A stretch of 64,000 nt of DNA from Sphyrna mokarran (taxonomy: Eukaryota). Location of the stretch: assembly GCA_024679065.1 (NCBI GenBank), contig JAGIQG010000024.1:32984001-33048000 (forward strand). Reading direction: 5' to 3'. The position numbers and the translations under genes are program-made. Positions within the stretch are counted from its first letter, which is position 1. Each line of letters starts with the position of its first letter. The notes beneath the pieces were generated by a model. That model was given only the letters and a program-made list of their open reading frames with translations, had not been told where the DNA came from and searched no databases. Of this stretch, positions 1 to 12,461 are shown one piece after another.

Positions 1-312
1 ACAGCTGTCACCTTGGTTGAGGGGTCAATCACAACGGGGCTTGGTTTTAGGGCAGGGAGCAAGAGATTCATAGGGAGTTTGAGAAAAATACTTTTTCACT
101 CAGTGGATTGTTGGAATGCACTGTCTGGGAACATATAGAGGCAGGAAACTTTATAACCTTAGAAATATATTTGGATGAGCACTTGAAATTTCATAACATT
201 CAAGGATATGGGACACGTGTAGGAAAGTAGGATGAGCACATCTTCAGTGGTAGTTATTGTTGGTGCAGACTCATTGGGTCAAAGGGCTTTTTCTGTATTG
301 TATGACTCCTGT
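1..312 (+). mobile_element. CR1-clade LINE 3' end fragment
   Basis: CR1 ORF2 C-terminal/3'UTR pattern (ttttcactcag...tggaatgcactg; ggtgcagactc...aagggcttt ttctgtattgtatgactc); similar to the copy at 14840-15155. Confidence 0.8.
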
Positions 313-635
313 CTTATTGCCTTATCCCTCGAGTGTCGAAACTTCATCAGTCTCCGTCTTGAATATGTACATGTATATTTTCTGCCCTGCTTGGTCAGAG
401 AATTACAAAAACTCAAGTTTCTGCGTGAAGAAATTTATTGCCTTAGCTCTATGTAGTCCCACCCCTCAGCCAGAGAATGAGTTCTAGCTTTAGGTGTTCC
501 AGCCAGAGTAAATAGCCTCTCGGCTTCTAGGATAAAAACAAAACACTGCAGATTCTGGAATCTGAAACAAAAATAGAAAATGCTGGAAAATCTCAGCTGG
601 TCTGACTGCATCTGTGGAGAGAGAATAGGGCTTCT

Positions 636-663
636 GTTTCAAGTCGAGATGACCCTTTGTCAG
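636..663 (-). ncRNA. Degenerate minimal hammerhead ribozyme core in PLE terminus (probably inactive)
   Basis: Minus strand CTGACAA-A-GGGTC-atctc-GACTT-GAAAC versus canonical CUGANGA-stem II-GAAA; the G8 position is A. Confidence 0.6.
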
Positions 664-829
664 AACTAAGAACAAGGTTATTCAGCAGAAATTTACACTA
701 TTGGGGTGGGACGTGGAGGGAGACTGCGTGTGGAATGGGGCAAAGGAAATGTAAATGAGGATACAGAAGGCTGAGAAGGTGCTAAAGAATGTCCATTAAG
801 TGATCAGAATGCATGAATAGCAGACCAGA

Positions 830-972
830 TTCGGTTGATTAGCAATGCTAAATTACTCTAATGTCAGGAGTTTAGTAGACTAAATATGTGGGGTTTATGG
901 GAATACGGGCTGGGTGGGATTGTGGTCAAATGGCCTTCTTTGTACTGTTAAGTTTCTAAGATTCTATGATTC
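830..972 (+). mobile_element. HE1-like V-SINE, 3' part
   Basis: atgctaaatt...ggtgggattgtggtcaaatggccttc...attctatgattc tail. Confidence 0.75.
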
Positions 973-2797
973 AAGATATATGAAGGACTGACTGAGGAAT
1001 ATGACAGTTGCACTGAAGGGGTGGTGGAGGTGGGGAGAACAGATGGAAAGAAGTAGTGCTGGAATGGAGAAGTGGAAAAATGGAAGTGAAAAAGAAAGAT
1101 GATAAAATGGTTGAATGAGCTGAAATGAAATGGAAGAAAATAAATGGAAATAGGGTGAAGTGGAGGCAAGAGTTTATACTCTCAAGTTGTTGAACTCAAT
1201 GTTCAGTCCAGAAGGCTGTAAAGTGCCCAAGTGGAAGACATTTCTATACTTCAACAAGTTTCATGAACTAGTGTGGCAAGACAATATCAGCACGGAAAAT
1301 AATTTTTAAGCAAATTAATCTGACCACATTTTAAAGGATGTAAAAAGTGTGCAATCTTTTAAAAAGAAATTGATGCTTTAGAGCAAGAATTAAACACGGC
1401 TACATTCCAGAACCTTAAAGTCAGTATAGCCCACACATCTTCATTAGTCACTTAAACATCTTCTTCATAGGTTTTCCCAAACATTTTCTCTCTCTCCCCC
1501 CTTCTTTTTCTCCCTTTAAAAACTCACTGGTACAATCAGTCTCTCTTCAGGCTGGTTTTTGTACTGTCAGTAATTTGGCACTACAGATCAACAAAAAGCT
1601 TTGATGAAGATCTCAGTTCTTTTCTCCTCTGGAAAGTATATGCACAGTGGGTACTTTGATGGTTGGATTCAAGGTTGATTAAGCTCCCAACAAATAGTGG
1701 TAGGCACTCTTTGAATTGATCTTTTTGAGCATCCAATAAACAGGACCTGATCCGAGTTAGCTCCTATTGTGCTGTCTTCTCCACACAGTTGCATATCACA
1801 TACACTGGTCAGAAGGATCTGGATGGTGTTTCCAGCTGTGAACTTCCTCCATTTGATTGTTTTCCAATCTTGAATTATTAAGATTTTTTTTACAAGTTGT
1901 GTTTGATTATTGTTCCCTTCACAGTAAATGTGATTATGCACATGTAGTCATCAATTTTATATTACTTGGCAACAAATGCACATAAACATCCGCCTACAGA
2001 ATGAAAAGCAGGTCTTGGCTTGTTTTTGCATTTTCACATTACATATATAAATTTGCTCGCTCTTTCTAAACCACTGGACCCGAAATAATTGCCATAAACA
2101 CCCAAAGTACTGCTGATTGATTTTGTACTGCATATTCCTCCATTAGGTTTAACAAGCTTAATGAACTTCCGTCCTTTCAAGCAATAAAACAAATCAGCAA
2201 AAGAACTTAGGCTACTTTTATGCAAACAACAGTCACGCTAAACACATCAGTCCGCCAATTTGATCAGCTCCAATCTGAATTTTCATTGATATCAATTTTT
2301 TTTTGTAATCAACAAAATATCGATTATATTTATTTATGTGACGGATGGATGGGCTTCCGACAAGACTGTAAAACATATTTTTTTGAAACTTGTACATAAG
2401 GTATAAGTCCCTCATTAGCTTAAAGCTGATGCTTTTAAAAGGTGACAAGGTGAAGTCAATTTCTAATTAAATTGTTTATTTTTTTTGTGAAAAAAGACTA
2501 GTTAACATCATTAATATTGCAGTAATGCACTGCATTTTACTCAACAATTAGCAATTATCTTCAGTTTAGGTAATTGCTGTAAAAAAAAAATTCCTCTTTG
2601 CATGCTATTTACGTTCATTACCAATTGTAAACAGAGATGTAATGCCCTCCTTGATCCCAAAGGGAGGATGAAAAACAAGCAAAATATTTGAAAATGAGTA
2701 ATAATCTTCCTTAGAGTGCCCAATAATTTAGATTAACTATCATTACATTTTGCACTAAAACACTGCAAAACCTGAAACATCCATTCTTCATGATCCG

Positions 2798-3915
2798 CTA
2801 TTGCATGGTAGGTTGTTACATAAGGTTTAATCTCACGGGATCCAAGGTAAAGTAAGCCAATTGGATACAAAACTGGCTTGATGGCAGAAGACCGAGGGTG
2901 GTTGTAGAGGGTTATTTTTCAAACTGGAGGCTTGTGACAAGCGGTGCGCCTCAGGGATCAGTGCTAGATCCACTTTTATTTGTCATTTATATTAATGATT
3001 TGGATGAAAATTTAAGAGCTTGTTTAGTAAGTTTGCAGATAACACCAAGATTGGTGGCAGAGTTGACAGTGAAGAAGGTTATCTAGGGTTGCAATGCAAT
3101 TTTGATCAATTGGGTCAGTGGGTTAATGATTGGCAAATGGCATTTAATTTGGATAAATGTGAGATGATGCATGTTGGCAGATCGAACCAGGGCAGGGCTT
3201 ACTCAGTTAATGGTAAGGTGTTGAACAGAGTTATAGAACAAAGAGATCTCAGGGTAAAAGTTCATAACTCCTTGAAAGTGGAGTCATAGGTGGACAAGTT
3301 GGTGAAGAAGGTACTTGGCATGCTTGTTTCATTGGTCAGAACATTGAATACAAGAGTTGGGACGTCTTGTTTAAGTTGTACAAGATGTTGGTAAGGCCAC
3401 ATTTGGAAATATTGTGTATAGTTCTGGTCACCCTATTATAGGAAGGATATTATTAAAATAGAAAGAGTGCAGGAAAGACTTACTACAAACTGCCGGGACT
3501 TGATGGTTTGAGTTATAAGGACAGATTGGATAGACTGGGACTTTTTTTTTCCCCTGGAGCTTAGGAGGCTTGGGCTGATCTTATAGAAGTCTATAAAATA
3601 ATGAGGGGCATTAATTAGCCTAAAACTGGAGGGCATAGGTTTAAGGTGAGAGGGGAAGAGATGTAAAAGGTTCCAATGGAGCAGCTTTTTCATAGAGGGT
3701 GGTGAGTGTCTGGAATGAGTTGCTAGTGGTAGTGGTATAGGCAGGTACAATTTTGTTTTTTAAAAAGCATTTCAATAGTTACATGGGTAAGATATTAAGG
3801 GACATGGGCCAAACATGGGCAATTGGGATTAGCTTAATGGTAAGAACTGGTGGGATGAACAAGTTGCATTGAAGGGCCTGTTTCCATGCTGTAACCGTGC
3901 ATTACTCGATGACTG
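2798..3915 (+). mobile_element. CR1 LINE, 5'-truncated, frameshifted RT
   Basis: ORFs 2898-3086 ([22 protein letters not shown]) and 3020-3289 ([10 protein letters not shown]...FNLDKCEMMH); CR1 tail near 3870-3915. Confidence 0.92.
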
Positions 3916-4499
3916 TGTGATCAGACCAGAACTCAATACAGTTCAAATTCATCTCAGCGAGTATCGCAAAACAGATATCAATAAACTTGCTATTCATCGA
4001 TCAACTACACTGGGCATGTAATGTGTAGTCAATTCAATAATGCTCACTTTGTGTTATCACAAAGATAAATATGCAGTTGTTTTGGTCCATCTCTGTAACG
4101 TTGTCAAACCACAGCCTTGGAACTTAACGTACCAAGTAAATATAAAAGGTGTTGGATTGATGGGGACATTTAGATGGTGGTGCAGTTCAGAAATGCTTTT
4201 TTTTCCCTCTTCCTTCTCTTAAAGTTAATGGGATAATTTTTAACTTCACTTGCTGACCAGAGTGGTTTGACTGCCCGTTACAAGTTTCTTTAATACCCAA
4301 GTGATCCACGCTGCTTTACTGCTGAAGAGCAGTCAGCCTGCTAGTTCTGTCCATGTTCAATCCCTGACCTCTCTGAACTGTTTCAGCACAACCTCTGGCA
4401 TTATCCGTCATTCTGAGTATCAGCTCACTTGCCTGTTTGTTCAGCTGCTAAACGTCTATATCGCTTCAAACTCAACTGAATTTAGGCCTGGGTCAGCTT

Positions 4500-4994
4500 G
4501 TATAGGAACACAGAAAATAGAACTTGAGAAGGCCATTTGGCCCTTCGATCCTGCTCTGCAATTCATTACAATCATGGCTGATCATTCAACTCAATAGCGT
4601 GATTCCACCTTCCCCCCATATCCCTTAATCCCCTTTACCTCAAACGCTATATCTAAATACTTCTTGAAAACATTCAAGTTTTGGCCTCAAATACTCTATG
4701 GTTAAGCTAACCACTCTCTGGATGAAGAAATTTCTCCTCATCCGTGAACTAAACAGTCTATCTAGATCCTCAAACTGCGATTCTTGGTTTTGAACATCCT
4801 TACCATTGGGAATATCCTTTCATTTTTTTTTCATCCTGCATTTACCTGGTCTAGTTCTGTTAAATTTTGTAAGTTTCTATGAGATCCACCGCTCATTCTT
4901 CTGAATTCGAGTGAATACAATTCTAACCAACTCAATCTCTTCTCATACGTCAGTCCTGCAATCCCAGGAATCAATCTGGTAACCTTCTCTGCAT
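4500..4994 (-). mobile_element. CR1 LINE 3' fragment (older copy)
   Basis: ORF 4831-5079 includes RLIPGIAGLTYEKRLSWLELYSLEFRRM; tail ggccatttggcccttcga. Confidence 0.85.
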
Positions 4995-6412
4995 TAGAGC
5001 ATAGAACATAGAACATTACAGCGCAGAACAGGCCCTTCGGCCTTCGATGTTGTGCCGACCAATTATGAAAAAAAAGCAATGATCCTCCAAACTAAACCAT
5101 TCCCTTCTCTTCCATAAACTTATCAACTAACCTCTTAAACGCCACCAAACTTGGCGCATCTACAACTGCCGCAGCAGGGCATTCCACTCCCGAACCACCC
5201 TCTGGGTAAAGAACCTACCTCTGATATCCGTCCTATAACTATCACCCCTTAATTTAAAGCTGTGTCCCCTCGTGCTAGCTTTCTCCATCCTAGGAAAAAG
5301 GCTATCACTGTCCACCCTATCTAAACCTCTAATCATCTTATATGTTTCGATAAGGTCTCCTCTTAGCCGCCTCCTTTCTAACGAAAACAACCTCAAATCC
5401 CTCAGCCTCTCTTCATAAGACCTGCCCTCCATACCAGGCAACATCCTGGTAAACCTCCTCTGTACCCTCTCCAATGCCTCCACATCTTTCTTATAATGTG
5501 GGGACCAGAACTGCACACAATACTCCAAGTGCGGCCGCACTAGAGTTTTGTACAGTTGCAACATGACGTTGCGGCTCCGAAATTCAATCCCCCTACCAAT
5601 AAAAGCTAAGACTCCATATGCCTTCTTAACAACCTTATCGACTTGACTGCCTACTTTCAGGGATCTATGCACAAATACACCAAGATCCCTCTGTTCATCA
5701 ACACTATTAAGAATCCTACCATTAGCTCTATACTCTACACATTTATTATTCCTGCCAAAGTGCATTACCTCACACTTTTCCACATTAAACTCCATTTGCC
5801 ACCTCTCGGCCCAGCTCTGCAACTTGTCCAAGTCTCTCTGCAAACTATAACACCCCTCTTCACTATCTACCACTCCACCGACTTTAGTGTCATCTGCAAA
5901 TTTACTAATCCATCCTTCAATACCCTCATCCAGATCATTTATAAAAATTACAAACAGCAGGGGCCCCAAAACAGACCCCTGAGGTACACCACTTGTCACC
6001 GAACTCCACGATGAATATCTCCCATCAACCACCACCCTCTGTCTTCTATCTGCTAGCCAATTCCTAATCCAATTAGCTAAATCACCCTCTATCCCATACA
6101 TCTGCATTTTCTGCAGAAGCCTTCCATGGGCCACCTTATCGAACGCCTTACTAAAGTCCATATATACCACATCAACTGCCTTACCCCCATCCACCTCTTT
6201 GGTCACTTTTTCAAAAAACTCAATAAGGTTAGTAAGGCACGACCTACCCTTCACAAAACCATGCTGACTATCCCCAATCAATTCATTTCTCTCTAAATAA
6301 CTATAAATCCTATCCCTAATAATTCTCTCGAATACTTTGCCCACAACAGAAGTAAGACTCACTGGCCTATAATTCCCTGGAAAGTCTCTATTCCCCTTCT
6401 TGAACAAAGGGG
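4995..6412 (-). mobile_element. Young CR1/HER1-like LINE, 5'-truncated
   Basis: catagaacatagaac tail at the left end; uninterrupted RT frame; homology stops near 6412. Confidence 0.95.
5160..6412 (-). CDS. CR1 ORF2 reverse transcriptase domain and C-terminus (partial, no endonuclease)
   Basis: [60 protein letters not shown]; the first ~11 aa of the 428-aa track ORF are flanking sequence. Confidence 0.9.
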
Positions 6413-6964
6413 AATTCCCTCTTCTTCCAAGCCAAGTCCTTTCCAATTGGACATTGGCTTTGGAGTTCCATTGTTATATGGCTGATATCTTGTCTCTCAG
6501 TCCCAGCCGGAAGGAATTGTCTGATCCCATGCCCAGGCCTGCTCCCTTGAAGCCCAGCCCAATCCCAGTCAATGCTAACTCTTTCCTTGTACTGAAGCTG
6601 GTCTGCTTCTCTAAATTGCATTTCTCTTTTGCCAACTCCCTTGCTCCAAGCCATGCCTTCCTGACCCTTTCCATTAACGCTGCCTTTCGCAAACTCTTGT
6701 TAAATATTGTTGGTCAATTTCACGCCAGCCCAGGACCCAGCACATTATCTCCAGAACCTGATGCCAGATATCGAGTCTTTAGTCTCTTCCCTTCCAGCCC
6801 CAACCTTTATTCCTCTGTTTCTTTCCAGCACCAGATTATGGTTTTGAATGGTTGCTCTTAACACATGCCACAGTAGTTCTCAGATATGTTAATGGGGATT
6901 GGGACTATGGCTCCGGAGCAGCACTGTCAGGAAGATGAAATAACCTTCTTAGAAAAGGATGGAA

Positions 6965-7360
6965 AAGAAGCCCCCTCCATCAAGCAAACCAGCCTCCATC
7001 CATTGACTCTGTCTACACGTCCCATTGCCTTAGAAAAACAGCCAGCATAATCATGGACTCCACGCACCCTGGACATCCTCTCTTTCACCATCTTCCATTG
7101 GGAAAGATACAAAACTCTGAGGTCACGTACCAACCGACTCAAGAACAGCTTTTTCCCTGCTGCCATCAGACTTTTGAATAGTCCTACCTTAAATTAAGTT
7201 GATCTTTCTCTATATCCTAGCTATAACTGTAACACTACATTCTGAACTCTCTTCTTTCCTTCTCTGTGAAAGGTATACTTTGGCTCTATAGCATGCAATA
7301 AACAATACTTTCCACTTTACACTATTAGATGTGACAATAGTAAATCATATTAAATCAAAA
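6965..7360 (+). mobile_element. Rex1/Babar LINE 3' fragment
   Basis: Encodes RYKTLRSRTNRLKNSFFPAAIRLLN-like C-terminus; tail tgtgacaatagtaaatc. Confidence 0.85.
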
Positions 7361-8399
7361 AAGAATACATTCAATCACAGCCAGTTTACTTCATCCCAAC
7401 TTGAGCCCTTCCTGGAGCCTAAAACTTCACAGTCTCATTGCCCCAGCTTGGCACATACTTTTCTTTTAGCCCCCATGACCCTTTCAAAACAAAGAGAACC
7501 CAAGATGCCATCTGCAGTAGTACGGTTTGAGGTGAAGTTTGGTGGGGGAACAAGGTACAAGTGCCCCTAGTCTCGGTACAGACATTCAGTGGCGTTAAAA
7601 ATACAAAGTAAGAGATGTAAAAAAGAGCTACATAAAGTAAAAAGTAACAGGAGGAACATTGAACAAGACACAGAGAGCAATTTGAGAAAAATGGAATGCA
7701 AGAATAAGAGAAATAGAATGGAAGACAGAGAATTGCACAAGAGAGGAATAAGCATGAAGGCAAGACTTAATGATGGATTTTCAGAGATGGGACAACTCAA
7801 AGATTCTCATCCCCATTCCCAAGATGGCAATTTTTGCTACGATGAGATAAGGGTGGAGAAGTGAACCTGCATCCCAGCTCCTACAATTTTTACAAAATTG
7901 GGCCATACTTCCCCATGACACATGGTTCATTGTTCCTCAGAAGAAATACGGACCGTGGTCTGGACTGAGGAACCATTTGAAAGGTAACTTTGAAAGGTCT
8001 TACCTATCCTCACATAATGAGTCACATAGTCCCTCATAGTCTTCATGCCAACTCATGCTTCGCCCATGCTCATTCACCCAGTAAGCACTACATGCATAAC
8101 CAAAGAGCCATATGATAAAATAGCATGCGGAGAACTTCTGAGAAAAACTTGCTCTTCCTCCAACCTAATAAAACTATGAATCAGACAACCCATTGAAATG
8201 TTAATAATAGAGACTTCAAATACTACACAATTCTTAATCTTGTCCAAGAAATATTAGAGAGAGATAGTCATGAGTAATAGCCAGATAGATAACAATGAAT
8301 AAAAGGAAATAACCACATAAATGAAAAAGAGACAGAGAAAATGGAAGACAAATAGGAAAACAGAAAATGGAAAAGAGGAAGAATTGTATACAAGAACAC

Positions 8400-8625
8400 A
8401 ACAGCCAGAAGCAGAAGTTAGCCCAATGTCCCCTCATCCCTTTTAACCTGATCATAGTTGCTCTGTCTATATTTTCCCAACCACTCCTCATATCCCTTCT
8501 GTGTATCTCAGCCTTAAACTCATTCTCAATGATGGACCATCCACAGCTTTCTGAGCAAGAGAATTCCCAAGATTCACAAGCCTTTATGCAAAAAAATCTT
8601 TCTTCATCTCAGTGTTGGCCAGCCC
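8400..8625 (-). mobile_element. Degenerate CR1 3' fragment
   Basis: agagaattcccaagattcacaagcc...tttcttcatctcag pattern. Confidence 0.55.
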
Positions 8626-10224
8626 CTGAATGAGCAAGAGACAAGAGGCTGTCAAATGAAGAGAAACAAATTGACCATCAAATTTTCTCTATGAAAAGTG
8701 CCATTCAAGAGCAACGAAGCAGAAATGTTTCAAGGATCCTCCGTCTGTGCTGAGCAAACTGATCTCAATTGCACTGTGATCAACTGCTACGTTTTTCCCT
8801 CTCATTCTGGAGTGGCAAATGGGAAATTGACCAGTGTTCAGGTTCTTTAATGCTAACCAGGGATTTTGACTGGAAGTGCTGCATGGTCAAAACAGGATTG
8901 GGCAGATGAATAACTTGCAACTCACAAAACTAATGTTCACTTAGATATCAGAAGTATCTGGATACCCAGATGGGATAGAATGCCAGTGCATCTCAATACC
9001 CTCAGGGAAGGAAAGATACAGAGGTGTATTAATGAGAGAAAACAACAACAATCCAGTTACTGCCTTAGGAGCCTTCCTTCATTCCTTATTTCCTGTCAAT
9101 CAGATTGCCACTTAATGTACAGTGGGAACATTTAAGATACAGCTACTCTTGATGATTTTATTGAAATCTAGTCAGAATCTCAGACAGTCCTGAGGCGATG
9201 ATTTAAAATAGCCTGCAAAATTTCTGAAGAACAGTGTGGCAAGGAACGAGACATAATCCACTTTTACTCTCTGATCCTTAGTGCACCATGGAGATGCTTT
9301 AGAACATGTACTGAACGCAGTACTTTTTTTTACTAATTAGCTGCAAGTTATTTTTTTGATGGACCTGTAACTGTAGCCCAAGTAACAAACTGTGACTATC
9401 GTACCTTCAGTTGTCAGCGAACGTCATGAATGCAAGCAAGATTTTTTTTTCCAAAAAGTATTCTCAACAGAAATGAGGAAAAACTGCCACCTCAATTACT
9501 ATTTTCTTAAAACTCAATTCAGTAAAATACACTAATCTGCCTTTCTTAAACTAATAAAAGTGAATCTTGCTTGGCCGTGTTCAAGGTACAGGATATATCA
9601 CGCCAGCTCCCCAAGCATCAGTACCATCATAGAGTGCAGTGGAATTGGATCACATCTGCACAACCATCTGTGCTGCTTTGAAGAGTGGAGAAACTTATGA
9701 ATAAATACGACAAACGCAAGCCTTTTCATGATTGGCTGCTGTATTCTGAAAGGATAATGGATCAAACATGAAACCTCTGCATTATTCTCAATTGAGGGAG
9801 ACTGGAGCCATTGGACACTAAATACTAGAAATGATGATTTCTCCCAAGAGACCACCATCAATTATCTCTTCATTCATGCATCTTTAAGTTGTTTAGAATA
9901 AAGGTTCAAAAACAATACATGTGGTGATGCAAAGAATAAATTAGAAACACATCATTGGGACTTTGACATCACAACTTTGAAAGGAAACTCAGGCATGAAA
10001 TAATACACATAGTTTCTGAGTTTATCATAAATACAATATTTGCAACTCTCAGTATGTTATTAATAAATACCAGTGGGCAATTGGAATTAATTATTTCTCA
10101 CTATGCTCCAAACCATAAGGATTCGGAAGTGCCACAGTGTTGGGTGTGGAGGATAGAATTAAACAGCTACCAAGTGCATTTGCATTGTTCATGCCATGGA
10201 CAGCATGGCAGCCCATGAGATACG

Positions 10225-10412
10225 TGCTGGCAAGTGGTTAGCACTGCTGCCTCACAGCGCCAGGGACCCTAGTTCCATTCCTGGCTTGGGTTACTGTCTT
10301 TGCCAAGTCTGCACATTCTCTCCCTGTCAGTGTGGGTTTCCTTTGGATGCTCTAGTTTCCTTCATTGAAGTGAGAATATAAGCCTATTTGTAACACTAAT
10401 AAGTAAACTTAA
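10225..10412 (+). mobile_element. V-SINE with Rex1-like tail, internally deleted
   Basis: Head gtggttagcactgctgcctcacagcgccagggacc, V-core, tail taagcctatttgtaacactaataagtaaactt. Confidence 0.8.
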
Positions 10413-10489
10413 AAACATTAATCTGATAGCCAAGATTTAGAGAACTGCCATGCTCCTATTTAAGTTTCTCTAGATACAATTTTGTTTAA

Positions 10490-11480
10490 ATTCCTTCACA
10501 AGATCCGGGCATCGCTGGTCGGAGAGCACTTATTGCGTCTCCCCGAATGTCTTTGGGAAGATAGTGACGAGCTGCCTTCTTCAGCTGCTATATGGTGCAT
10601 ATACACTTGGGTGACATGGTGGCACAATGGTTAGCTCTGCTAACTCACAGCACCAGGGACTCTGGTTCAATACAGTCTTGGGTTATTGGCTGTGTAGAGT
10701 TCACACATTCTTCTTGTGTCTTTTTGGGTTTCATCCCACAGTCCAAAGATGTGCATGTTAGGTTGGCTATGCTAAATTGCCCCTAAATGTTGGAGGAGTA
10801 GGGTACTTACATGAGGTTACAGAGATAGGGCTTGGCTGTGATTGTTGTTGGTACTAACTTGATGACTGAAAGTCCTCTTTTGCAGGGATTAATGAAGCTA
10901 TGACTCACTCACAATGCTGTTAGGCAGAGAGTTCCAGAATTCAGACAAAGGAGGAACTGAAATATAGTCTAATATTTTCTAGCCCTTCCCCCAGATGGGT
11001 TCCTCTGGTTCATATTTGGCAATCTCCACTGCCTGTTCCCAGGGATGGAGGACAATCATGCAAATCCCTGTGGCCATGGTGGCCCACCTCTGTTGCCAGA
11101 AGAAAGCGCCATGTTGGGGGTGGTGGATGCAGAATCCCAACCCATAGTTTTAGATAGGATGGTGTGCAGGTTTAAATCTGCTGAAGGTGGCATTCCCATG
11201 TGTCTACTGTCCTTGTTTTTCCAGATGGAGGTCAGGGGTTTAGAAGATGACTTTGATGGAACCAGAGTGAAATTTTGCAGTGCAATTTCTAGGTGGTATT
11301 CTATGATGCTATCATGGGGCCAATCAAATAGGTTGCTTTGTCTCAATAGTGTTGAGTGATGTAATTGTTGTGGTTGGTCAGCAAAAAAATAGTCATGTTG
11401 CAGAATAACATTGTTGATTCATTTTGTCTTACAATTAACATCAGCATTATAGATTCTTCAGTGGTCCACAGCTCAGTCAC
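10490..11480 (-). mobile_element. Second CR1-clade LINE family 3' region, fragmented by insertions
   Basis: Tail gggcatcgctgg...ttattgc matches 24570-25120; degenerate ORF 11056-11346. Confidence 0.55.
10608..10905 (+). mobile_element. HE1-like V-SINE
   Basis: tRNA head, V-core, cagtccaaagatgtgcatgttaggttggctatgctaaattgccc, CR1-type tail. Confidence 0.85.
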
Positions 11481-11892
11481 AGAGCAAGACTCCTTCTGAG
11501 CCATCCAAACAGCCAAGAATGAGATGAAGAAACATAAGCTCAATTGTACAATGCCAAAGTGGATATAGGAACAGAGAGGATTGGGGTATATGGATGGATA
11601 TCTCTGAAGGTGGGGTGGCAATTGAGTATCCTATCAATAATGTTTACAACTAACCCAAGAGTAAGGGACATCCATAAAAGATCCTGGGGCGAAGGGTATG
11701 TCAATTGAAGCTAAAACTTCCAGGGCAATTCGCATGAAGATCAACATATCATGACTTCTGTTGGTTTCAGGGACGTATCTTGGGTTATAAGCCTAGTCTC
11801 TAATGATCCAGAGATCAGAACATTTGGGCCAATAACAATATACTGCTGAGTATGCGGTATACAATTTCCACATTCTTAGACTCTCTGAACAT

Positions 11893-12160
11893 ACACTGGA
11901 ACTCGACCGACCCGCCCGCCAAAGGAATCAGAGCAGGCGAGAGGCAGACAACGGGAAACGTGATTGATCTCTAGCGAGATTTTCCAGATTTGGGTTGACG
12001 TGGCTGTAAAATTCCACTCACAATCTGGAATTCTTTGACCTCACCTGCAGCTGAGATTCTCCAGTCCCATTTTAGCAGCATAGAGGTTTTGCTGAGTTGT
12101 TCTAAATTCTCCGAAATTGTTGGTGGCAGTTGTGGGACAAGACCAGAAAATTCAGGCCAT
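11893..12160. mobile_element. Two adjacent ~110-125-bp Harbinger-type MITEs
   Basis: Ends gtaaaattccac and gaaaattcaggcc; internal similarity to 42547-42672 and 16290-16420. Confidence 0.5.
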
Positions 12161-12231
12161 CATCTTTCATAACCAGAGGAAAAAAATTAAAAATCCCCAC
12201 AAAGAAAGTAAATTAATCTATAATACTTGCT

Positions 12232-12432
12232 AACAATCAACATTTATCCTTTAACCAATTTCACTGGTAACAGATTATACCTCATTTATTGCATTGCTGT
12301 TTATGGCACCTTGCTGTGTGCAAGTTGGCTACTGTATTCTCTACATTACAATGTTGACCCTGCATGTCAAAAGCATTTCATCAGCTGTAACATACTTTGG
12401 AAATGTCTTAAGATTGTGAAAGTTATTATTAT
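12232..12432 (+). mobile_element. Deu-domain SINE (SacSINE1/AmnSINE-like) fragment
   Basis: catttatcctttaaccaa...cattgctgtttatggcaccttgctgtgtgcaagttggct Deu-core pattern. Confidence 0.65.
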
Positions 12433-12461
12433 AAAGCCTTTTTTTTCCTGTTCTGAAGTGA

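Larger units (their letters stand above)
535..1240 (-). mobile_element. Penelope-like element 3' end (ORF C-terminus plus terminal repeat), interrupted by a SINE
   Basis: Reverse complement of 1175-1240 reads VFHLGTLQPSGLNIEFNNLRV*, the typical PLE C-terminus after GIY-YIG; terminal repeat at 535-680 contains a hammerhead-like core. Confidence 0.8.

Noticed and set aside
6415-6860. Possible Gypsy gag N-terminus on the minus strand (LRKAALME.., ANVQLER)
   Set aside because: Only a vague resemblance; no LTR, PBS or zinc knuckle nearby.
7580-7800. Lys/Arg/Glu-rich ORF 7589-7864
   Set aside because: Explained by purine-rich low-complexity sequence; 8230-8400 is similar.
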